IMG/VR virus record: IMGVR_UViG_3300017917_000693 | Coordinates: 7,143-71,142 of that record | Source of the DNA: a virus | Direction: 5' to 3' (one strand) | DNA length: 64,000 bases | Part shown: positions 1 through 8,597 of the stretch, in pieces | Layout of the letters: each line of letters begins with the position of its first letter | Numbering within the stretch: position 1 is the first letter of the stretch | Translations under genes and position numbers: made by a program | Notes under the pieces: generated by a model | Database searches by the model: none | What the model saw: only the letters and a program-made list of their open reading frames with translations | What the model was told of the DNA's origin: nothing

Positions 1-26
1 ACACTATTAAATGAGAAAGGTAGACA

Positions 27-1310
27 ATGGCAACTAACACTACAGCACAGAAAGATAAAAGTTTTAAGGGCATAGTAACTGACCCTCAAACTGACGCGGC
101 TGTGCGCGAAAAGTTGATTACAGCACGTATTGCTCTGCTAATGAAGGCACCGTTTTTTGGTACACTAGCAACACGATTGAAGTTGGAAAACGCTGATAGT
201 TGGTGCGGTACTGCTGCAACTGACGGACGTCGTTTTTACTACAACAGCGAATTTATTAAGAAAATGCCACAGAAACAAGTGGAATTTTTGGTTGGACACG
301 AAGTACTACACTGTGTTTATGATCATATGGGTCGTCGTGGAGAACGTGATCCTCGCTTGTGGAATATTGCTGATGATTACTGCGTAAATCAGGACTTGCT
401 TGACCAACGTATCGGCGAGAAGATTCCTGTTGGACTATTTGACAGCAAGTTTAAAGGTTGGAGTGCCGAAGAAGTATACGACTACCTTTACGAAAATGCT
501 GAAAAAATCAGCATCGACGATCTGGAAAAGATGCTGTTAGACGAGCACTTGGATGGTGACGGCGACGATGGCGAAACTGACGGTGAAGGTAAAGACGGTG
601 AGGGCAAAAGCAAAGGTGGTCGCCCTAAACTAAGTGAAGAAGAAAAGAAACAAATCCGCGACGAAATTAAAGAAGCTGTTATGGCTGCGGCGCAGACTTG
701 TAAGGCAGGTGACTTGCCAGCAGGTGTTAAGCGCATGATTAAAGACCTAACTGCACCGCAACTTAGCTGGCGCGATCTGTTGCCGCAGGCTATACAAAGT
801 ACTGTTAAGTATGACTACAGTTGGCAACGTGCTAGTCGTAAAGGTTGGGACATGGATGCTGTTATGCCAGGCAACGACTACGACAAAGACATTGATGTTT
901 GCGTAAGTATTGACGCATCGGGTAGTATGTCAGATGAAATGCTTCGAGACATCTTAGGTGAAGTTAAAGGCATTATGGAAACTTACACAAGTTTCCGACT
1001 ACACCTGTGGAGTTTTGACACAGACGTGTATAACGCTAAGGTGTTTACTCCAGAGAACTTAGATGAAATTATGGAGTGGGAACCAGGTGGCGGTGGTGGT
1101 ACTATGTTTATGTGTAACTGGGAATACATGAAGGAAAATGACATCGTGCCTAAGTACTTTGTTATGTTTACTGATGGTTACTACGGTGACAGCTGGGGCG
1201 ACCCGGACTACTGCGACACAATGTTTGTGGTACATGGCGGCAATACTGAAGAAGCACCATTTGGTATTACTACACGGTATGAATTTGAAAAGAAGCGAGA
1301 GTACGCATGA
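27..1310 (+). CDS. DUF2201-type metallopeptidase with C-terminal VWA domain
   Basis: TAATDG motif, HEVLH (HExxH) zinc motif, acidic/Gly linker, and a VWA MIDAS motif (IDASGSMS...GGGGT...FTDG). Confidence 0.85.
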   Translation: MATNTTAQKDKSFKGIVTDPQTDAAVREKLITARIALLMKAPFFGTLATRLKLENADSWCGTAATDGRRFYYNSEFIKKMPQKQVEFLVGHEVLHCVYDHMGRRGERDPRLWNIADDYCVNQDLLDQRIGEKIPVGLFDSKFKGWSAEEVYDYLYENAEKISIDDLEKMLLDEHLDGDGDDGETDGEGKDGEGKSKGGRPKLSEEEKKQIRDEIKEAVMAAAQTCKAGDLPAGVKRMIKDLTAPQLSWRDLLPQAIQSTVKYDYSWQRASRKGWDMDAVMPGNDYDKDIDVCVSIDASGSMSDEMLRDILGEVKGIMETYTSFRLHLWSFDTDVYNAKVFTPENLDEIMEWEPGGGGGTMFMCNWEYMKENDIVPKYFVMFTDGYYGDSWGDPDYCDTMFVVHGGNTEEAPFGITTRYEFEKKREYA

Positions 1311-1597
1311 TTAAACGCATTTTAATACTGCTGTCTTTAGTGCCTACTGTAGCACAAGCAGATTGTCATTGGATCGATGGTTACTACACTTGTTTTCCAG
1401 ACAATAACAGTCGTTACGTAGCACCAGTAGTGCCTAATATTCCGCCACCACCAAACTACTACTATGCGCCAGGATATGTTCCACCTCCTGTGTATGTGCC
1501 GCCAATTACCCCGGGCTACTATCCACCACCTCCTCCAGGTTGGGGTGACACTAAGATAGTACCTTTACCCGAACGTAGAAACTTGTTAGGAAATTAA
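1307..1597 (+). CDS. proline-rich protein with predicted signal peptide
   Basis: N-terminus MIKRILILLSLVPTVAQA resembles a Sec signal with an AxA cleavage site. The body is Pro/Tyr-rich. ATGA overlap with the upstream gene. Confidence 0.6.
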   Translation: MIKRILILLSLVPTVAQADCHWIDGYYTCFPDNNSRYVAPVVPNIPPPPNYYYAPGYVPPPVYVPPITPGYYPPPPPGWGDTKIVPLPERRNLLGN

Positions 1598-1598
1598 T

Positions 1599-1889
1599 AT
1601 GAAAGTACTAGGCGTAGGCAACGACAAGTATATCTGTGAAATTGAGTATGATGAGATGTATGAAATACTTGGACAGATGGATGAAGAGGACTTTGAAATA
1701 CAACCAGGGCAAGACATTGACCTAGCACGTGTAGTACGTGCGGCTCGTTGGATTAAAAATTTAGACAGTGAACACATTGAACGTGCAATTAAAGAACTTA
1801 ACATGGCCCTAACTGGTATACAAAAAGTTAAAACCACAGCTGAGAAACTTACGCTGTTTAGTAAACTTAAGAATGAGGAAGGTGTATGA
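1599..1889 (+). CDS. hypothetical phage protein
   Basis: 96-aa ORF packed in the operon; AGGA RBS upstream. Confidence 0.65.
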   Translation: MKVLGVGNDKYICEIEYDEMYEILGQMDEEDFEIQPGQDIDLARVVRAARWIKNLDSEHIERAIKELNMALTGIQKVKTTAEKLTLFSKLKNEEGV

Positions 1890-2080
1890 AACCTTCAGGC
1901 GGAGCATGGTTGTTTTTAACTGGTGCTGTATACATTGAACTGTTAGTTATGAATGTTATTGCAGGTACGCCTGTACCATCTGAATTTATTCAAATGGGCT
2001 GGGTATTAATTATGAGTTTGCCATTGTATGTTCCACCTTTGGCACGTTTCTTTAATGTTAAATGTATTTGGGAGGCTTAG
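1886..2080 (+). CDS. small membrane protein
   Basis: Two hydrophobic segments; ATGA overlap with the upstream gene; GAGG/AAGG upstream. Confidence 0.6.
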   Translation: MKPSGGAWLFLTGAVYIELLVMNVIAGTPVPSEFIQMGWVLIMSLPLYVPPLARFFNVKCIWEA

Positions 2081-2081
2081 T

Positions 2082-2342
2082 ATGGCAGACAATGATAAAG
2101 ATTTTGACGGTAACGATGACGACAACAAACCCGAACTTAAATTAGTATTTGCTGAAGGTTGTTTTGATGACTTTGATGGCACCCAGGAAGAATTAGATGA
2201 ACTAATCGCGCATATCACTGAGTTAGCTAAATCTGGTGAACTATTAGAAAAGAGTGTTGCTTTAGATGATCTAGAAGATATGGACGAAGAAACAATTACA
2301 GAACTGTTACCTCTTTTACAATCAGGAAATACGAGGCACTGA
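2082..2342 (+). CDS. acidic hypothetical protein
   Basis: Start moved from 2028 to ATG 2082, which has GGAGG at 2071-2075. The product is D/E-rich. Confidence 0.65.
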   Translation: MADNDKDFDGNDDDNKPELKLVFAEGCFDDFDGTQEELDELIAHITELAKSGELLEKSVALDDLEDMDEETITELLPLLQSGNTRH

Positions 2343-2343
2343 T

Positions 2344-2871
2344 ATGAGCACAGGACGTTTAAAAGACCAGCAAGACTTTGATCTTGAACAAATTATTAAG
2401 ATACTAGATCAAGCATTAGAATCAGATGATCAGCGCATTAAAGACGCCTTACGTGCGTTGTTGACTGTTACTGTTCTATGCTCAGCACAGCATCCTGATC
2501 AAGCATTAAAGAACGGTCCGTTGTCTAGACTATTTGAGGATATGCACAATCTTAATCGTCGTTTGGGTCGCATGGAAGATGAACTAAACGATGTTAAAAT
2601 GCGTATGCCCAGACCCAGAGCAGAGCCGTATACTCCGCCAACAACATATCCTGGCCCATCAACAGGTCCATGGATTGGCACAGACCCTAATCGTCCAACC
2701 CCTATGTGGGGTCCAAGTTGGACCAGTGCAGGGGATGATCCTAGTTACAAAGGAGCAAGTGCATCAAGTGCTAACGACTTTACAGAGTGGCAGGATATGG
2801 CATCAAGTGGTACAGCTGCACTAGCAGAAGATTTCCTACGCGATTTAAACGAAAAGTTTAGAAAATCATAG
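2344..2871 (+). CDS. hypothetical protein
   Basis: 175-aa ORF with a helical N-terminal half and a Pro-rich C-terminal half; GAGG RBS. Confidence 0.65.
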   Translation: MSTGRLKDQQDFDLEQIIKILDQALESDDQRIKDALRALLTVTVLCSAQHPDQALKNGPLSRLFEDMHNLNRRLGRMEDELNDVKMRMPRPRAEPYTPPTTYPGPSTGPWIGTDPNRPTPMWGPSWTSAGDDPSYKGASASSANDFTEWQDMASSGTAALAEDFLRDLNEKFRKS

Positions 2872-2931
2872 TTTAATGTTGCAATAGTTAAATTTAAGTA
2901 AATATGTTTACTATCTAATTTAGAGTAATAA

Positions 2932-3693
2932 ATGAAAAAACTATTGCAACCTTCTAACGAATTTGCGTCTTTGATGCAACTAATGTTGCCTGTGTACCTT
3001 TACATAGCTTTGCAGATTGACGCACTGTGGTATTGGTGGGCGCTGGCTGTGTTTTTCTGGCTTGCTGTCTATACCTTGTTTGGTAACAATATAATTTTAC
3101 ACAGATACTTATGTCATGGACATTTTACTCTTGCTAAGTGGAAAGAATATCCATTGCTATGGATGAGTTGTATGATTGGTGTAGGTGGGCCCTTAAACTA
3201 CGCAATGACGCACTTGGTACATCATAATCCTAAGTACACAGATACACCAATGGATCCGCACGGACCTATTAGAGGTTTTCGTAGTTGGTTAATTTGCTTT
3301 CAAAAAACCGTAGATCCAGGCAAGACTCCTATATTCAGTCGTCGGATACTTGAGTTAAAAAATAGATATCAATGGATACACGATTACTACACTATTATTG
3401 TACTAGTTTCAGCGTTGATTCTCTATGCTATTGACCTAAAGGTATTTTTATTTTTATGGGCTATTCCTGCAAGTGCTACCTGTTGGACTATTAGTATTGC
3501 AGTATGGCGCCAACATATAGGATTAACTGCACAAAATACTCCTACACATCGTTGGGAAATATTCTACGAAGGATTACACAAGAATCATCATGACTATCCA
3601 ATGGCACCGGATACCGCAGTTAGACCCGGTGAGATTGACTGGACTTATCAAGCAAGTAAATTACTACGACCTAAATACAATTGGGGAAAATAA
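2932..3693 (+). CDS. membrane fatty acid (delta-9-like acyl-lipid) desaturase
   Basis: Three His boxes (HRYLCH, HLVHH, HKNHH), a DPHGP motif, transmembrane segments and a C-terminal EIDW. Confidence 0.85.
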   Translation: MKKLLQPSNEFASLMQLMLPVYLYIALQIDALWYWWALAVFFWLAVYTLFGNNIILHRYLCHGHFTLAKWKEYPLLWMSCMIGVGGPLNYAMTHLVHHNPKYTDTPMDPHGPIRGFRSWLICFQKTVDPGKTPIFSRRILELKNRYQWIHDYYTIIVLVSALILYAIDLKVFLFLWAIPASATCWTISIAVWRQHIGLTAQNTPTHRWEIFYEGLHKNHHDYPMAPDTAVRPGEIDWTYQASKLLRPKYNWGK

Positions 3694-3914
3694 TGCCTTA
3701 CATTACCACAGAAGCAGAAGTATATGTTGATCTAGATGTGTTTGATGACGAAGAACTTATCAAAGAAATGGATCGTCGTCGACTGCCTGTATACGGTGCA
3801 CATGGTTCTACAGCACAGATTATTAATACAATGTACGAATACGAAAAAATGGGCAAGGATATACAACCATTGATACGTGAATTATATCATACCGCTCTAG
3901 GACGTATTGCCTAA
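3693..3914 (+). CDS. hypothetical phage protein
   Basis: The ATG overlaps the desaturase stop (TAATG). Contains VDLDVFDDEELIKEM. Confidence 0.6.
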   Translation: MPYITTEAEVYVDLDVFDDEELIKEMDRRRLPVYGAHGSTAQIINTMYEYEKMGKDIQPLIRELYHTALGRIA

Positions 3915-3924
3915 ACTTTTTAAA

Positions 3925-3953
3925 TTGACATTTTGGTTAAGATGTAGTATAAT
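3925..3953 (+). promoter_or_regulatory. consensus sigma70-type promoter
   Basis: TTGACA (3925-3930), 17-nt spacer, TATAAT (3948-3953). Confidence 0.9.
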
Positions 3954-3962
3954 AGTCTTATT

Positions 3963-4103
3963 ATGAAACATCGCAAAAGACTTAAAATGAAAACTCGTAA
4001 TCATTATGCCTTGTTCAACAAGGATTTACCATTTAAGGCAAAGGTAGAACGTGATAGAACAAAATATACCAGAAAATGCAAACACAGAAGTCAAGTTGAC
4101 TAG
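3963..4103 (+). CDS. small basic ArfA-like peptide (46 aa; not in the ORF track)
   Basis: My translation is MKHRKRLKMKTRNHYALFNKDLPFKAKVERDRTKYTRKCKHRSQVD. It lies directly after the consensus promoter. Confidence 0.6.
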   Translation: MKHRKRLKMKTRNHYALFNKDLPFKAKVERDRTKYTRKCKHRSQVD

Positions 4104-4224
4104 AAGTGAGATATTAGAGATTGCTAAACTTTACAGCATGGAATATGTACACGAAACATATCTTATACGTTTTGTAGAACATATTGTAAGAGCAGAAAAA
4201 ACCAAAGACGTTGGAAACTCCTGA
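4096..4224 (+). CDS. small hypothetical protein (42 aa; not in the ORF track)
   Basis: TTG start; MTRSEILEIAKLYSMEYVHETYLIRFVEHIVRAEKTKDVGNS. It fills the gap and overlaps both neighbours. Confidence 0.45.
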   Translation: MTRSEILEIAKLYSMEYVHETYLIRFVEHIVRAEKTKDVGNS

Positions 4225-4597
4225 CCTAGAACAAGACCTTAAGAACAGCGAGTCAATACTTGCTAAAGTTCAGAGTGATCGCTATGCTCAGAACTTGTAT
4301 GCAGCCTTGTGTAATATGAGGTGGCAAAAAGCAGAAGTATGGCCCGTACTCAAAGATGAACTATGGTCATGCACTTGGCGCTATGCTGGTGGTATTGTAG
4401 CAGATCTACAGGGCAAAGGTGACTATATGTCTTGGTACTGTAGTGGTATAGGCGGTGGTAACTATCTTCAAGACGACTATGACGATTTGATGGGCAAAGG
4501 CTTTGTATCAGAAAGCACCGTCACTGATGAGATTAGGACAGATTTAAAAACTTTAGGATGGCACCCTGTGCCCTGGGATAACGAGGATGATCAATGA
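4211..4597 (+). CDS. hypothetical phage protein
   Basis: 128-aa ORF with YAQNLYAALCN...WSCTWRYAGGIVA...DYMSWYCSG motifs. Confidence 0.7.
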   Translation: METPDLEQDLKNSESILAKVQSDRYAQNLYAALCNMRWQKAEVWPVLKDELWSCTWRYAGGIVADLQGKGDYMSWYCSGIGGGNYLQDDYDDLMGKGFVSESTVTDEIRTDLKTLGWHPVPWDNEDDQ

Positions 4598-4944
4598 GTG
4601 AACACAAATACGAAACATTTATATATACACCAATTGAACTTGCTGAAAGTATGACCGTCACGGTTCATGATACCTTAACATATCTGCGTAATCGTGAATA
4701 CATCACTGACGCAGACTATGAACATCTATCCAATACTTTGGCTGTATATCCTATGCCCAACCGCAAAGGGTTTGGCAAGCGTCTATTAGAGCGTTTCTTT
4801 GGTAAGGACAGTACAGAAAATGCTTATGTGTTTCCTATTATACAAATTGATTCTAGTTATACCAACAACCCTGCTAACAGCAAAGGTAAGACTAAACCTA
4901 AACTAAATGTAGTAGAAGGCGAATTTGGAAAGGATAAAAAATGA
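4594..4944 (+). CDS. hypothetical protein
   Basis: ATGA overlap with the upstream gene; GAGG RBS. Confidence 0.65.
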   Translation: MSEHKYETFIYTPIELAESMTVTVHDTLTYLRNREYITDADYEHLSNTLAVYPMPNRKGFGKRLLERFFGKDSTENAYVFPIIQIDSSYTNNPANSKGKTKPKLNVVEGEFGKDKK

Positions 4945-5084
4945 GTAGACTAATTATAGTACCTTTTGCAATCATAGCGATTCCTTTTATTATTGCCTAC
5001 ATGTGGATTAGACATCCTGTAATGTGTTGGCGCGAAATGCGCAACAGCTGGCTGTTAGTATTCCGTGGCAAGGATGTTGAATAG
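4941..5084 (+). CDS. small membrane protein (47 aa; not in the ORF track)
   Basis: MSRLIIVPFAIIAIPFIIAYMWIRHPVMCWREMRNSWLLVFRGKDVE; ATGA overlap and AAGGA RBS. Confidence 0.55.
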   Translation: MSRLIIVPFAIIAIPFIIAYMWIRHPVMCWREMRNSWLLVFRGKDVE

Positions 5085-5368
5085 TGTTAAAGCACGGCGA
5101 AGTTAATCCCTTAAATGTCTTTGGGCTACGTCGATTAGATTACTGCCCACCTCACTTTGAACGTGTAACGTTTGATCCCTACGTTCAAGAAAAACCAGTC
5201 AGTGATTGGATCTACGAAAATCTTGCTGGCCGGTTTTACGTAGGATTTTATGATCAAATAGTTGACAACAAATCCATGCAACGACAAATGCTAGTTGGGT
5301 TCGAATTACCCAGTGAAGCTAGCTACTTTAGTCTCTTTCTGCCCCAAATCAACGTTCACGTTTATTAA
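5084..5368 (+). CDS. hypothetical phage protein
   Basis: GTG start coupled to the upstream stop; AAGGA RBS. Confidence 0.65.
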   Translation: MLKHGEVNPLNVFGLRRLDYCPPHFERVTFDPYVQEKPVSDWIYENLAGRFYVGFYDQIVDNKSMQRQMLVGFELPSEASYFSLFLPQINVHVY

Positions 5369-5390
5369 AAAATTTTTCCACCAGAGATCG

Positions 5391-5408
5391 CACAGTTAAA
5401 TAACTGTG
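5391..5408 (+). promoter_or_regulatory. inverted repeat enclosing a TAAATA late-promoter-like motif
   Basis: CACAGTTA-AA-TAACTGTG with TAAATA at 5397-5402, upstream of the AAGGAG RBS of the gene at 5429. Confidence 0.5.
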
Positions 5409-5428
5409 TTCCCTAAGGAGATATTTAC

Positions 5429-5689
5429 ATGACCGAAGAAGTAGTAAACGAAACGGCTGATAACCAACAACCGTCTGCTGAAGAAGCACAAGCGAGCACA
5501 CCGGGATTAACTCTACAAGATTTAATTACTGTGGCTCAAATCATCCAGTTAACCAATCAGCGTGGCGCTTTTCGCGCTGAAGAATTACAAAGTGTAGGCA
5601 CTTTGTACAATAAATTAATTGCATTTTTAGAGAGCGTGGGTGCAATTAGCAGACCCGAAACCACTGCTCAGGAGACCTCAAATGATTAA
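5429..5689 (+). CDS. hypothetical phage protein
   Basis: Strong AAGGAG RBS; LTLQDL...RGAFRAEE...VG.LY motif. Confidence 0.75.
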   Translation: MTEEVVNETADNQQPSAEEAQASTPGLTLQDLITVAQIIQLTNQRGAFRAEELQSVGTLYNKLIAFLESVGAISRPETTAQETSND

Positions 5690-6326
5690 ACACGTAGGCA
5701 GACACAATCAACGTAAAGTAGTGATTGTATTTAGAACTGTACCCGACGAAGATCACATGGCATTAGTACTTTATTCTGACTCGTTACCAAGTATGTTACA
5801 CGACGAAGTAATGAAAGTATTAGAAAGCGAAGCAGGACAAAATGCTAAAGAATTAGCTGACGCACTGTTCCGTCATACCATGGCAGATGGCAACAACTGT
5901 TTAACTACTATTCATAGATCTAGTTATATGAAAAAAGTTCCAACAAACCAAGTTATTGTTACACCAGATGCTAAATCAACAGTACGTTTAGATGAACTTA
6001 ACAAAATTCTAGCCGAATTAGAAGCCGGCAGCGAAGCCGCAAGAAAAATGGCCGAATTTGATGCTGGCCGTGGTTTAGCTGATCCTACAAAGAAAGTTAA
6101 TGCTCAATCTAAAACTACCAGTGAAAGTGTAAATACTAGTAGCGGTGATGTATTATCAGATGCTGATATCGCTCAACAACGCCTTGACCAAGCTGCCCGT
6201 ATGGAAGCCGAAGCTAAAGGTCTGTTAGCAGAAGCCAAACGCTTAAAAGAAGAAGCTAAAGCACTTACACCAGCAAAGGCGAAAAATGTCAGAACAACCA
6301 AAACAACCAAAAAAGCTACAGCGTAG
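5682..6326 (+). CDS. hypothetical phage protein with C-terminal coiled coil
   Basis: Start moved to ATG 5682, which has an AGGAG RBS. The tail is A/K/E-rich and helical. Confidence 0.75.
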   Translation: MIKHVGRHNQRKVVIVFRTVPDEDHMALVLYSDSLPSMLHDEVMKVLESEAGQNAKELADALFRHTMADGNNCLTTIHRSSYMKKVPTNQVIVTPDAKSTVRLDELNKILAELEAGSEAARKMAEFDAGRGLADPTKKVNAQSKTTSESVNTSSGDVLSDADIAQQRLDQAARMEAEAKGLLAEAKRLKEEAKALTPAKAKNVRTTKTTKKATA

Positions 6327-6639
6327 TCGAGCTAAAAAAATTACAATAAATCCAGCAAAAAGCTGGAAAGATATTGTTGATAGCATCGATAATAAAAAGG
6401 AAGTGCCAGTTACTGTGTTACAACGTATAGTTGTAAAATTAGTAGATGGCACTGATCTGAGTATTAATATTAAAGAGCTAATCGATGATGGCAATGATCC
6501 CGATGAAATAGAAGCCTTGCTAAATGCTAAATTTCAAGACTTAGACGAATACATTGAGAACGTTGATTTCTTTATTGATATTGACAGCGTAGTTAACACA
6601 ATACAACCTGAAACAGACAAGGTATTAAAAGATCTATGA
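6286..6639 (+). CDS. hypothetical phage protein
   Basis: 117-aa ORF overlapping both neighbours. Confidence 0.7.
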   Translation: MSEQPKQPKKLQRSRAKKITINPAKSWKDIVDSIDNKKEVPVTVLQRIVVKLVDGTDLSINIKELIDDGNDPDEIEALLNAKFQDLDEYIENVDFFIDIDSVVNTIQPETDKVLKDL

Positions 6640-7145
6640 TTAAAGCTATATTAGCCGCTACCAGTACTGGCGGTATTGGTAATCGAGGTACCTTGCCTTG
6701 GCCAAAACACAGCGAAGATCTTCGTTGGTTTAAGGAACACACAGATGGACATGTAGTGGTAATGGGCCGACGCACCTGGGATGATCCTAAGATGCCTAAG
6801 CCCTTGCCTAATCGCATCAACTGTGTGGTTAGTAACAATATTATTAACGAGTACACTGTTAGACGTTTGCATGGTGATATCAGTCAGTCTGTATTAGATT
6901 TGCAACGGCAGTTCTCAGATCGAGACATCTATATCATTGGCGGTAAAACCTTATACGAAGCCACTGCTGACATTGTTGATCAAGTAATATTAACACGCAT
7001 GAAATTGAATTCATGGTGCGATACTCGTATTAATTTAGACAGATATCTAGCACCTTTCCGTATACGATCAGTTAGACCTGGAGAAAACTGCACCTATGAA
7101 ATATGGGGCAGAGATGTGTTCTTTAGAGTTGACAATCAATCATAA
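6636..7145 (+). CDS. folA: dihydrofolate reductase
   Basis: GGIGNRGTLPW, DLRWFK, VVMGRRTW, KPLPNR and IIGG motifs; adjacent to thyA. Confidence 0.95.
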   Translation: MIKAILAATSTGGIGNRGTLPWPKHSEDLRWFKEHTDGHVVVMGRRTWDDPKMPKPLPNRINCVVSNNIINEYTVRRLHGDISQSVLDLQRQFSDRDIYIIGGKTLYEATADIVDQVILTRMKLNSWCDTRINLDRYLAPFRIRSVRPGENCTYEIWGRDVFFRVDNQS

Positions 7146-7157
7146 ATCTGTTATAGT
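7129..7157 (+). promoter_or_regulatory. sigma70-type promoter for thyA (probably leaderless mRNA)
   Basis: TTGACA (7129-7134), 17-nt spacer, TATAGT (7152-7157) with extended TGn. The ATG is at 7164 and there is no RBS. Confidence 0.75.
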
Positions 7158-7163
7158 ATTAAA

Positions 7164-8165
7164 ATGAAAACATATCTAGATGCACTAAAATACGTTCTGG
7201 AGAACGGCGAACGACGTGATGATCGCACAGGCACAGGTACTATTGGTGTCTTTGGCATGCAGCAACGTTACAATCTACAGGAAGGATTCCCTGCTGTTAC
7301 TACTAAGCGACTAGCATTCAAGGCCTGTTTAAGTGAGTTACTGTGGTTCATCGAAGGTTCGGATGACGAGCGCAGACTTGCTGAAATCTTACACGGGACA
7401 CGTGATTTAGAAAAGAAAACTATATGGACAGATAATGCTCTGGCTCCCTACTGGTTAGAGCGTAAACCACAGAAGACACCAGGTGTTGTAGTCAATGTAG
7501 ATTCACCACACGAAAAAATGCAGCACATGTTAGAAAGTGATGTAGCCGCTATTTCAGGTAATGATATGAAACTAGGTCGTGTCTACGGTGTGCAATGGCG
7601 TCGCTGGCGTCGTGCGCAGGAAATGAGTTTTTATGACACCTGGGAAAATACTGCCGACGGTATGGTAAGTAAACCTAACCCAAATGTACATGTGGATCAA
7701 TTAGCTCAATTAATTGAAGGCATTAAACGAGATCCTTTTGGTCGTCGACACATACTAACAGCATGGAATCCGGGCGAGCTAGATCAGATGGCACTTCCGC
7801 CCTGTCATTGTTTTGCACAGTTTTACGTAAGTGCAGATCGTAAATTAAGTTGTCAGATGTATCAGCGTAGTTGCGATATGTTTTTGGGTGTTCCATTTAA
7901 TATTGCAAGTTACAGTCTACTAACACATATGATTGCTCAGGTGTGTGACCTAGGCGTAGGCGAGTTTGTTCACGTGCTCGGCGATGCGCATATATATTCT
8001 GATCACGTGGAGCAGGTAAAAGAACAGTTGGGACGTGAACCATTGCCTCTCCCCACATTGTGGATTAATCCAGACATTAAAAACATTGATGACTTTACTA
8101 TGGAGGATTTTAGATTAGATGGATACGTCAGTCACCCACCAATCAAAGCCCCAATGGCGGTTTGA
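7164..8165 (+). CDS. thyA: thymidylate synthase
   Basis: DRTGTGT, ELLWF, YGVQWR, RRHILTAWNP, LPPCH, YQRSCD, GVPFNIASY, DAHIY and C-terminal MAV. Confidence 0.97.
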   Translation: MKTYLDALKYVLENGERRDDRTGTGTIGVFGMQQRYNLQEGFPAVTTKRLAFKACLSELLWFIEGSDDERRLAEILHGTRDLEKKTIWTDNALAPYWLERKPQKTPGVVVNVDSPHEKMQHMLESDVAAISGNDMKLGRVYGVQWRRWRRAQEMSFYDTWENTADGMVSKPNPNVHVDQLAQLIEGIKRDPFGRRHILTAWNPGELDQMALPPCHCFAQFYVSADRKLSCQMYQRSCDMFLGVPFNIASYSLLTHMIAQVCDLGVGEFVHVLGDAHIYSDHVEQVKEQLGREPLPLPTLWINPDIKNIDDFTMEDFRLDGYVSHPPIKAPMAV

Positions 8166-8442
8166 GCGTCCACACCGTGTGAGATTGTTTGCTTGGCGTA
8201 GTCATATACAAGAAGCACTAAAGTCCAGCACACGTGAAATGTACATGCAGGCCGCAGAACAGTTTAGTAAAACTGAGAAGTATGCTTGGGCTGAACGTAA
8301 CGGTGTTAAACTAGATTTTGACATTGACGAACGTGCTGTTGATTGGTTTAAGCAAGTTCGCTTTTATGCAGACTTAGATGAAACACAATATACAGATTAT
8401 TGCCTAAGATTTTTTGATCACCACGACGAGAATTGGAAATGA
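8119..8442 (+). CDS. hypothetical protein (start uncertain)
   Basis: Fills the gap after thyA. The true start is probably downstream of 8119. Confidence 0.5.
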   Translation: MDTSVTHQSKPQWRFERPHRVRLFAWRSHIQEALKSSTREMYMQAAEQFSKTEKYAWAERNGVKLDFDIDERAVDWFKQVRFYADLDETQYTDYCLRFFDHHDENWK

Positions 8443-8597
8443 CAAATTTAAAAGACCTAATGAAAGCCGCTCTTGAAAAGAAACAAGCAGAGCAACACAC
8501 AAATAACAATAAACCACTGGCTGACAAAGGACATCATGCAAAGAGTCAGGTAGGCAGTAACAAACCAGCAAAGAAATCAGCAGGAAGAGGTCGATGA
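8439..8597 (+). CDS. small basic protein (52 aa; not in the ORF track)
   Basis: MTNLKDLMKAALEKKQAEQHTNNNKPLADKGHHAKSQVGSNKPAKKSAGRGR; ATGA overlaps at both ends. Confidence 0.6.
   Translation: MTNLKDLMKAALEKKQAEQHTNNNKPLADKGHHAKSQVGSNKPAKKSAGRGR

Noticed and set aside
7164-8165. ThyA as a dCMP/dUMP hydroxymethylase for DNA hypermodification
   Set aside because: All canonical ThyA motifs are present, including the dUMP-specific Asn, and DHFR is adjacent. Nothing suggests altered chemistry.
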